Assembly: GCA_963575745.1 (NCBI GenBank)
Contig: CAUYUJ010000227.1
Coordinates: 1-64,000 of the forward strand
Length of the DNA stretch: 64,000 nt
DNA from: Prorocentrum cordatum
Taxonomy: Eukaryota
Direction: 5' to 3'
This document shows positions 38,388 to 48,504 of the stretch, piece after piece; the first letter of the stretch is position 1; each line of letters starts with the position of its first letter. A program made the translations under genes and the position numbers. The notes beneath the pieces were generated by a model. It made no database searches. It saw only the letters and a list, made by a program, of their open reading frames with translations, and was not told where the DNA came from.

Positions 38388-39601
38388 TAACTCGTAGAGC
38401 TTCCCTTAGCAAGTTGTTGCTGGAAGCTTAAGAGTAATTCCGGGGCGCTGGAGAGTTAGTTGGCAAGAAAAATCTGGACGTACATTTTGGTGACTTTTGG
38501 TCGGTTGAAAATTTTGTTTTCGAAATTCAACAATTCGTTAGAGCTCTAGTATTTTTTCCCGTGGTATTCGATCTTATTCCCGCTCGCCATCTTGATCTCA
38601 GCTCGATCGGGTAATTTTTACTGCCAAAAAGGATTGTGGCCGGATCGACCGTTTCGGGTCATCTTGTCACGCGCTGTCGGTTTTTTCAAGATAACTCGAG
38701 CTTTAGGACAGCTACAGAGCTGGTTAGCACAGCTAATCGATTCAGAATGATCAGGCGCGTTCGACCGTTGAATCCAGAGGTGTGAAGTCGGTCTGCTAGC
38801 CGAGCTAGTTCCGTAAACCTATTCGTATTATTCGAGTCATCTTGACAGAGGCTCTCGATTTTCTGTACTTAACTCGAGCTAAAGGACAGCTACAGAGCTG
38901 ATGCGTACAGAATCTGATTCAGAACCATCAGTGGCCGTTATCTGATGAATCCAGAGCTCTTAACTCGGTCTGCTGCCCGATCTAGAATCGCGAAACTATT
39001 CGTGTTGTTCGAGTCATCTTTAGAGATGCTGTCGGTTCTCTGCACTGAACTCGGGCTCCGGGGCGCTCCATGGCTGGCAATCACTGGAATCGATTCGGAG
39101 ACATCAGGTGCGTCCGCCTTTCGAATCCAGAGCCCCGAACTCTGTCTGCTGCCCGAACTAGGTCCGCGAAACTATTCGTATTGTTCGAGTGATCCTGAGA
39201 GGTGCTGTCGGTTTCCTGCACTTAACTTGGGCTGTAGGGGGCTGCAGGGCTGGTCATCGCAGGAATCGATTCAGAGACATCAGACGCGTCCGCCTGTCGC
39301 ATGCAGAGGTCTGAACTCGGTCTGGTACTCGAGCTAGGTTCGCCAAACTATTCGTATTGTTCGAGTCATCTTGAGAGGTGCTGTCGATTTACGCACGTAA
39401 CTCGGGCTGTAGGATAGCTACAGTACAGAAGACAATCCAGAAGCATCGGGGGCAATCGGCTGTGACATCGGAGAGGTCTGAAATTGCTTGGGCAGAAAAA
39501 AATTTTTTTGTGTGAATTTTTTTTCGACATTATATGTTGTCAGGAAGCTCTACGAGTCCCCCGGCGGTAACGAAGGTTGACGGTTTACCGCCGGGGCCCA
39601 G
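38388..39601 (+). mobile_element. Family A element
   Basis: Both termini present; host gagctag^ttgg. Confidence 0.8.
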
Positions 39602-42114
39602 TTGGCCGACCCAGCCAGAAAGGACAACGTGACAACTTTTGGTGGTTTTGCGATTTTTTGAAAGATACTTGACCATTTATTTTGAGACAGCAGTTTTTTC
39701 GCACCTGTAGACGACTATGAGGGCCTCTACGTCTTGATATGAGCTCTCTAGATGCATTTTTACTATCAAAACACTTGGCGAAACCAACTTCATGTCGACA
39801 TGAAAAAAAACATGTTTTCTCTTTTTCGAGAAACGCTTCCAGAAGCCCTCTCTTCTGATGTTTACCGCGAGCGCCCAGTTTGAAGCTGGACGGTGGCGGT
39901 GCCCCCAGCAGCTCATTTCCGCCGGTCCAGGATCCTCGCAGCAAGCTGTAAAACAAACTGGGAACTTGCGGTAAACCGTCATTTTGGTTACCGCCAGGAA
40001 CTTCATAGAGCTCTCTCCTTGCATGGCGACCAGTGGAACACATGGAGAAAGCTTCTGGAGCAAGAAACAAAAAAATAGAAAAATCACGTTTGTCTGTTTT
40101 TATCCGTCGTCGGTTGCTGCAAGTGTTTTCATAATAATACTGCACTTACGCACCTGAGAATTTCACTGGCAGATACGGCATGACCCACTACAGATACAAA
40201 ACTCTGGTTTCGCAAAATGAATGGTCGAATATCTTTCAAATCTTAGCAAAACCGACCCAACATTTTCAAATACCTCGTAGAGCTTTTCGCCAAGATGAGC
40301 TAAGAGGAATTCGGGCGCAGGTGGGGCTAGTTGGCCGACCCGACTTTTCGAGACAATGTGACGACTTGGGGTCGGTTTTTCCATCTTTCTGCAAAATTTG
40401 AAATTTGTTTTGAGAACCGGTTTTTTTCCCATCTATGGCGGATTGTGCCGCGTCCGCCAGTCAAATTCTCAGGTCCGTAGCTGCAGTGTTACTATTCAAA
40501 GACTTGCTGGAACCGTCGGCCATTCCCAGTCATCCCGACATGCGTTGACGGTTTTCTGTATTTAACTCGAGATTCAGGATAGCTACAGAGCAGATGTTCA
40601 CAGGAACCGGTTTAGAATCATGAGAAGCGTTCGTCTCTTCCCTCGAGAGGTCCCAACTCGATCTGTTAATCGAGTTAGAGCCGCGAAACTATTCGTATTG
40701 TACAAGTGATCTTGACAGGTGCTGTCGGTATCCCTTAACTGAAGATTTAGAATAGCTAGAGAGATGGTACGCTCATGAAACAATCCAGTATCACCGGGCA
40801 CGTTCTTTTCTCGCATCGAGAGGTCTGAAGTCGGTCTGGCACCAAAGCTAGGTCCACGAAAGGAAGATACAAAATTAACTTGGTAGCGTCCAAAACCCGG
40901 AGAGCGAAGAAACCTTTCGGGGACGGGAAATCTTTCCTGGAGAGCTCTGGGAAGCTCCCCTGCAGCGCTGCCGCAGCGCTGGCAGAAGCGCACCCATGCG
41001 TGCCTGCACGCGTGCAGGCACGCGTGGAAGCTTGCCGGAAGCTCTCCCGGACCCGTTGCCGGGCCGAAAAAGCCGGAGCGACGGAAAGTAGCTCCTGGCG
41101 GGCACCACCACCGGATCCGGCTTCTAATCTTAAGCCCTTCAGCTCTCAGCGAGCTCTCCGGGGAAAAAAAGTATGTTTCGAGCTTTTTTTTCTTGGCGAT
41201 TGAGCTTTTTTCGTGTGCTCCGAGCAGCGCCGCGCAAGAACAGAGCTCTACAAGCCTCCCGGCGATTACCTGCTTGACGGTTTACCACGGGATGCCAGTT
41301 GTCCGCCCGGACCGGAACGGCCAACTAGATCCACCCCGCGCCAGAATTCCTCAACCTGTAGGACATCGCAGCGGGTCCGGGAGAGCTTTTGGCAAGCGTC
41401 GGCGCGTGCCTGCGCGCGTGCAGACACGCGTGGACGCGTTCCTGGCAGAGCTTCAGAAGGGCTACAGGGTGGCCCCAGAGCCCCAGAAGTGCTTCACGAG
41501 AGCGTCCGAGCGCTCGCCAGGAAAGCTTTGCGGTGTATATGTCTGTTCTCTTTGCTCTCCCGATTTTTCCCTGAGAGCTCTCTGAAAGCGAATGGGTTTT
41601 AGATGTGCAGCCAAACGGCGGTGGTACTCGGCAGGAGCTCGTCCTCGGCGGCCCACGTCCGCCGCAGCGCCTCGCCCGAGCCGGCAGCTGGTTTGGGGGC
41701 GCGTTCCACGTGGAAGCATTCCTGGCAGCGCTTCAGAAGCGCTGCAGGGGGGCCCCCCAGAGCTCTCTAGGAAATATTTCCCATTACCGAGGGTCTCTTA
41801 CCTCGTGGAGCTCTTCGTTATCGATGAGCTAGAGGAATTCCGGCGCGGGGTGGAGCTAGTTGACCCACTCGAGCAGAAAGGACAAAGTGATAATTTTTGG
41901 TCGGTTTTTCCCGGGGAGCTCTCTGAGAGCTAGAGGGATTTCGATTAGAAGCTGGACGGTGGTGGTGCCCGCCAGCAGCCCATCTCCGCCGGTCCACGAT
42001 CCCGCAGCGCCTCGCCCGGCCCGGCAGCGTGTCTGGGAGAGCTTCCGGCAAGCGTCTACGCGTGCCTGCACGCGTGCAGGCGCGCGTACTAGCGTTCCTG
42101 GCAGCGCTTCAGAA

Positions 42115-44445
42115 AAGATTGTTTAGACAAATCAGCATAACAGAGCTCTTGTGATTTCGAGGAGAGGTCTGTTGATGTACAACATAGAGTGGTATACACG
42201 TCGGGCTGCGTTGGCTGAAACCCTTCGCATACACGGCAACCGCGCACAAGCATCGTCGGGCAGAAGGCTCAGGGCAGGTGGAGACTCGATTGGACAGCGG
42301 AGCTGGCAACATCCTTACATCATAGCATTCTGTCCCCTGTGGTGGGAGGCGGTCTCGGGATCTTATCGTGCATTCTTGGAGGGGTGGCAAACCTTTCTGT
42401 GTTCATAACTCGTAGAGCTTCCCTTAGCTAGTTGCTGGAAGCTTAAGAGTAATTCCGGCGCGCTGGAGAGCTAGTTGGCAAGAAAAATCTCGACGGACCC
42501 TTTGCTGACTTTTGGTCGGTTAAAAATTTTGTTCTCGAAATTGAACAATTCGTTTGAGCTGTAGTATTTTTTCTGACCATATTCGATCTTATTCCCGCTC
42601 GCCATCTTAATCTCCGCTCGATCGGGTATATATTTCTGCAAAAAACATCGCGGCGGGATCGGCTGTTTCGAGTCATCTTGATACGCCTTGTCGGTATTTT
42701 GTACTAAACTCGAGCTGTAGGGCAGCTACAGAGCTGATTATTACAGAAATCGATTGCAAATCATCAGGCGCGTTCGTCTCTTCCATCTAGAGGTCTCAAC
42801 TCGGTCTGCTGCCCGAGCTAGGTTCGTGAAGCTGTTCGTGTTGTTGGAGTCATCTTGAGAGGTGCTGACAGTTTTCTGAGCTTAACTCTGGCTGTAGGGG
42901 GGCTACAGGGCTCGTGCTCACAGGATTCGATTCAGAGACATCAGGCGCGTCTGTCTGCCGCATCCAGAGCTCGGAACTCGGTGTGCTGCCCGAGCTAGGT
43001 CGCAAAACTGTTCGTATTCGTCGAGTCATCTTGAGAGGTGCTGTCCGTTTTCTGCACTTAACTCGAGCTGTAAGGGGGCTGCAGGGCTGGTAATCACTGG
43101 AATCGATTCGGAGATATCAGTCGCGTCCACCTGTCGCATTCAGAGCCCTGAACTCGGCCTGCTGCCCGAGCTAGGTCCGACTATTCGTATTGTTCGAGTC
43201 ATCTTCAGAGGTGCTGTCGATTTTCTGCACTTAACTCGGGGTGTAAGGGGGCTGTAGGGCTGGTAATCACAGCAATCGATTCGAAGACATCAGGCGCGCC
43301 CGCCTGTTGTATTCAGATGTCTGAACTCGGTCTGATACTCGAGCCAGATTTGCGAAACTATTTGTATTGTTCGAGTGATTTTGAGAGGTGCTGTCGACTT
43401 TTGCACGTAACTCGGGCTGTAGGATAGCTACGGAGCTCGGGCGCACAGAAAACGATCCAGAAGCATGAGGGGCGTTTGGCTGTTGCATCGAGAGGTCTGA
43501 AATTGTTTCGGATAAAAAACTATGCGTTCTCTGCAATTTTTCTCGACATTATATATGCTCAGGAAGCTCTACGAGTCCCCCGGCGGTAAGGAAGGTTGAC
43601 GGTTTACCGCCGGCGCCCAGTATAATAAAACATAGATATTTTATTACTTTGTGCAGAGCTGGAAGGGGATGCCGAGCCATTTCGCACCGCGAGTAGAGAT
43701 AGCAGACGTTGAGAGACCCGACACCAAAGGAGCAGGAAGAACTTGCCATGCGTTTGGCACGAATTGCCGAAAGACAAACCGTGAGGGACTTGGTCAGCCC
43801 TGGGATCGAAATTGAACTAAAGGGGGACAGCTTATTAATAAACTCATGGCTCAATGGGCGTTGGCGTTGTGACAACAAACTGTACTTGCAGTGAGTGGGG
43901 GGATGTATTGACTCAATGGAACAAGCCGTTGGGGGCTGGGGAGCACGTAGTTCTGGCCTGGGGATGGATATCTACATACATGACTAAAGGGTAGGTAGCA
44001 CGCGCGCGGACCAGCTAACCCACTTGGCCCGTGAGGGCCGCACATTCTATAACACGTTCAAGTTTCAATATGGTTTCGAGGACTTCCTTCAACCGATCGC
44101 CATCCGTGGGGCCTACGACGGAGGCGTGTGCAGCAAAGGAACGGGATGTGGTTTTTGGCTGCATATAGGCTTCGCCAACCGCCGATATGACCAATATTCT
44201 TATCATCCGTATTCTGTCTCCCCTTTTCCTCCTTCCTCCTCCTTCCATGTGTCATCCTCCACGCCTCTCGTTTGGAGGGGCGTTGCCGTAGCCGCGTGGA
44301 CTCTTGAAGAAGGGGCCGCAATCACTTTTGCCGAACTCTCTGCTGCTGAGGCACTCTCTAGTGCAGCCCGCATTTTTTTTTGCGGCAGCTTCACGCCTCT
44401 AGCTGAACACAGCTGGACCACAGGTGCGAAAACCCACAAAAAACA
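42115..44445 (+). pseudogene. Second, diverged and degenerate copy of the RNase H LINE, split by a Helitron-like element at 42406-43620
   Basis: Peptides RRGLLM...QHPY...WWEAVSGSY...F, KEQEELAMRLA...IELKGDSLLINSWLNGRW, ADQLTHLAREG, RGAYDGGVC and ITFAELS match the 26218 ORF in the same order. It has stops and frameshifts and an A-rich end at ~44438-44445. Confidence 0.8.
42406..43620 (+). mobile_element. Family A element inserted in the LINE pseudogene
   Basis: Both termini present; flanks gttca^tataat (A^T), no TSD. Confidence 0.85.
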
Positions 44446-45674
44446 TGGTTGACGGTTTACCGCACGCTCCAGTTTTGCCAGGATTCGGATGCGAAGGACG
44501 ACATGGTCCACAGCGCACTGGAACGCAGCACAGTTCAACACGGCACGGCGCAGTACAGTTCATCACAGCACGGATCAATCGCAATTTTTGCCAGCTTCGT
44601 GGCCCTGGGGGCGCACATCGCTGATTTTCGAAATGTCTTGGCCGTCGGAGTGCGGCTCCCTCGGGTGAGCCGAAACGTATGCAGTTCGTCCCAGTCTTGG
44701 TTCGGCTTGCCTTGATTTGATCAGGGTCGGCTCTCGTTGTTTCGTTTCTTTTCGTCGTGTTTCGATCCGTTCATTGTCGGTGCGTTTCGCCACGGTTCGG
44801 ATCCTCCCCCTCTTGGTTCGCACCGTTTTTGAATGGAATCGGATTTTTATCTCGAGCTGGTTGATCGTCCCGCTCGTTTCGATCGCTAATAGTTTTGGGC
44901 CAGCTATGCGTTCAGCCAGCTCTTGTGTCAGATCGAGGACAGTTTTGTCAGGATTCGGATGCCAAGGACGACGTGGCCCACAACGCAATATAGAGCACAA
45001 CAGTTCAGCGCGGCATGACACACCTCAATCCAGCCCAGCACGGCACAGCAGAGCCCCTGGACGGGTACTTCACTGCCGATACCCTCAGCATTGCAGTGTC
45101 CCGTTGTCCGGCCAGGTGTCTTCAACGCGTTCCCACGCTTCTTTCCACACACACACACGCACACTCCTTTCCGGGTCCGTGGGGATTCTGCTGCTTCTTG
45201 GGGCAGACTAGGGGCCCTTTGGGGCCGACTTGAGGGGGCCGTCTTGAGGCCGTCCTGAGGGTCTCTCCGCTCCTCGCGGGGCTCTTTGGCCTCCCCTGGG
45301 GCGCTCCAAGGGCTGCCGCGGGGGTTTAGAGGCCACCGCACAGGGAGAGCGTCGGCACCTCTGCGATACACACCTGCCGTGCCCTTGCTGGGGCCCTGCT
45401 GGGGTGCTTCCCTGCCGTGGCCCCCGTTCGGCCGCCACTCAGGGGCAGCATTCGGGGGAGACAGGCTCAGGGGCCTCAGGTTCGAGGTTCGAGGTTCGAG
45501 GTCTTCGGGGCGATGTGTTGGCTCTCTGGGGTGTCCTTGCTAGCCTCGGGATGCCTTCCAGCGGCCGCGCCTCGCCGAGAGCGATCTGGGTGCCCCAGGA
45601 TCGCTCCGAACGGCCGCGGGAGGCCCGAGTTGCGGCCCGAGAACAGGTCGGAAAGAGCGTGTTCTACCGCTGCT

Positions 45675-46740
45675 GGCGGAAAACCGGGGGGGGTCACTAC
45701 CGGTTCGAACCCCCTCCCCCCCGCGGAAAACCAGGGGGGGTCACTGCCGGTTCGAACCCCTCCCCCCCCCCCAGTCCATCATGAAAAGGGGGGGGTCACC
45801 TCCGGTTCGAACCCCCCCCCACCCCCCCTCCTCGAAAACCGGGGGGGTCACTGCCGGTTCGAACTCTCCCCCCCCCCCCGAAAACCGGGGTGGGGGTGCG
45901 GACAGTGGTGGGGGCGGTGGTGGTGGGGACAGTGGTGAGGGGACAGCGGGACAATGGTGGGGACAGTGGGACAGTGGTGGGGATGGTAGTGGTGGGGACA
46001 GTGGTGAGGACAATGGTGGGAACAGTGGGGACAGTGGGACAGTGGTGGGGACGGTGGTGGTGGGGACAGTGGTGTGGGGACAGTGGGAATGTGGTGGAAA
46101 CATGGGACAGTGGAGGGTACAGTGGTGGTGGGGACAGTGGTGAAGGCGGCGGCGAGGACGGCGGTGGGACAATGGGACAGAGGTACAGTGGGGACAGTGG
46201 TGGGGACAGTCGGGACAGTGGTGGGAACAGTGGGACAGCTCAGTGGGACAGCGGAGGAGTCAGTGGGACAGTGGGGACAGTGGGGATAGTCGGGCAGTGG
46301 TTGGGGCTGTGGAGAAAGTGGGGAGAGTGGAACCGTGGTGGGAACAGTGGTGGGACAGTGGGGACAGTGCGACAGTGGTGGGGGCACTGGTGGGGATAGT
46401 AGGGAGGGTGGTGGAACCAGTTGGGACAGTGGTGGTGAGGACAGTGTTGCTGGGAACACCAGTGGGGGATGTGGTGCGGACGGTGGTAGCGACCGGGAGT
46501 CGTTTGCCGGTGGTGAGGGGGGGGGGGGAGGGGTTCGAACTGGTAGTGACCCCCTTCCGGTTTTCGAGGGAATGGGGGGGCCGGTTTTCAAGGGGTGGGG
46601 GTGGGGGGGGGGGGTTAGGGGAGGGGGGGGGGTTTTGCCAGGGGGAGGGGAGGGGGGGGGAATCCAGCAGGGGGAGTGGGGATTTTCGGAGGGGGGGGAC
46701 CCCCGGGTTCCGGAGGAAAATGGGGGGGAATTTTTCACAG
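45675..46740. repeat. G-rich GGGACAGTGGTG minisatellite flanked by GGGGTCACTGCCGGTTCGAACCCC repeats (four direct copies left, one inverted copy right)
   Basis: Direct copies at 45685-45880; inverted copy at ~46518-46570. Confidence 0.85.
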
Positions 46741-48504
46741 TAAAGCGGCGGTGGATCACGCTCTATCACAGGTCGACGAAGATCCCTCAGGGTCAACGTT
46801 ACGAGGGGGATTCGCTATCGGTGCGTATTGCCGATCTATCGGCGATGTATCGCCGATTCCAGGTCAGTGTGTCTCGCTCACCTGCGAGCTAACGTTGCCC
46901 CTCACCCCCAGGGTCTGCCACGCGCGCGTGAACTTGCAATGTACAAGTCTTTTGAATTTCTTATCGGGGTTTTCAGAACGTTTTTAGCCCGTGGGGCTGG
47001 CGAATCTCGCGAAACCCAAACTGCATCTTGCCGTCCGTTTCTCTTTGTCCACGGACGGGGCAACCGCGGCACAACCGAGTGGAAATTGACCCCGGAGCCG
47101 GCGCGGGGCGACCGCAGGACAGCCGCGGGACAACCGCGAAGTGCCGGCGGGACATTTGTGGGACAACCGCGGGACAGGCGCAGGGTCACCACAACGACCA
47201 CAGGACGAACACATGACAATTCTAGGCCAACCACAGGGCAGCCGTGGGACGACCCTGGGGCACCGTTGAGGACCCCGAAAGCGGAGACATTTTGCCGAAG
47301 ATGCCTCGAGCTGGAGCTGGTCTTCGCTTTCCGCCCGCTCGCGCAGCTTCGCTTCTCCCGCGCTCTTCACGAGACGGGCGAACCGAAACCGATTTCCCAA
47401 TTTGGTCCATTCCGTTTGCGCTCCGAGGCTCTGACTCCAAGAGGGAACAATGTCATGGTATACGAAGCGATGCAACGTGACGCAAGGCAATTTGTAAACA
47501 ACGCATCGATTCATGGGGCCTTCCACAAGGAACAGGGGGGCGGTCCTCGGTGTCGGACTTCTGGGGATCTGGGAAGCGGGCCCGGCCACACCGTTGCCCA
47601 CAGGCCCGTGGCACAGCTCGCGGTTTTCCCTCGATTTTCTGCGATCGGTGGTACCCTTGAAGAGTCTCTGCGGCCACCGAGCCATGTTTGGGCCGTCCTG
47701 GGCTCTCACAGAGGCATGCTGGAGGCTACCTTGTACCAACTCGGGTGATCCTGCGCCATCTCGGATGGTGTCTTGCGCTATCTGGGGCCCTGATGAAGCC
47801 GCCTATGGTCCTCCTGGACGCTGCGACCCTCCGCGGACGCCCGTGGTCCAGATCCCCAGCAAGGGGCGTTCTGGGGGAAGAAAGGTGTTTTCTGGACGAG
47901 CTGAGGCTCAGGACCACCCTTCGACTCGGGGCTGGGCGTGAGGATCCACGCCAGGTTTGGCCTGGGCCGTTCCAAGGGCACATCGAGGGGCAGTGTCAGG
48001 GGCGGATAGGCGAAGGGGGCCAGAGCGCAGCGACCCCCAATCGCCTATTCGTCGCCGACGGGGGCCTGATGGCCCACCCCGCCCAGGAAACCACCGTTTC
48101 GCCATTGGGGGCCTGTCGCCGATCTATCGGCGATGTATCGCCGATTCAAGGTCGATGTTTCCCCCCCGAGCCAGTCCCCCCCCCACATCGTTCCCCCGCA
48201 GCACCGGTGCGCCTTCTCCTCCTCTTCTCCCCCTTTCCTCGTGGCCTGCGCCCCTCCTCCGCTGCCCTGTCCGTCCTCGCTGCGCGTCAGCCCCTCGAGC
48301 CGTCGAGGCAAGAGCGAAGAGCGCGGTCCGATCACGCGCCGCGACGAGGAGAACGAGGACGGGGAGAAGGAGTAAGCAGGAGGAGGACGTGGCGATCAGC
48401 CATCCGTTGCCAGCTCTGCTACAGTGGATTTTTTCGCTGGCTGTAGCCTTCCTGGGGCAGAGTTTTGCGTCTTGCTCGCTGCCACCCAGATCTTGTCCGG
48501 AGCC

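Larger units (their letters stand above)
14953..44472. mobile_element. ~29.5-kb cluster of nested non-autonomous Helitron2/Helentron-like elements (family A, family B and a GC-rich B variant)
   Basis: Many copies of the 5' end TAACTCGTAGAGCTTCC (A) or TACCTCGTAGAGCTCTT (B) with a matching subterminal inverted copy, followed by the hairpin CCGGCGGTAA-n14-TTACCGCCGG and a CCAG end. No TSD. Mostly + at 14.9-29.5 and 36-44.5 kb, mostly - at 29.5-35.8 kb. Confidence 0.8.

Noticed and set aside
15324..43536. Many 60-150-aa ORFs within the Helitron-like copies
   Set aside because: Frames and stops are not conserved between copies; no HUH or helicase motifs.
14953..44472. CRISPR-like array or phage/plasmid iterons suggested by the recurring hairpin motif
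   Set aside because: Spacing is hundreds to thousands of bases, the intervening DNA is itself repetitive, there are no cas genes, and nesting explains the pattern.
45685..45880. tRNA genes suggested by GGTTCGAAC
   Set aside because: No cloverleaf or A-box seen; the motif is in short tandem units.
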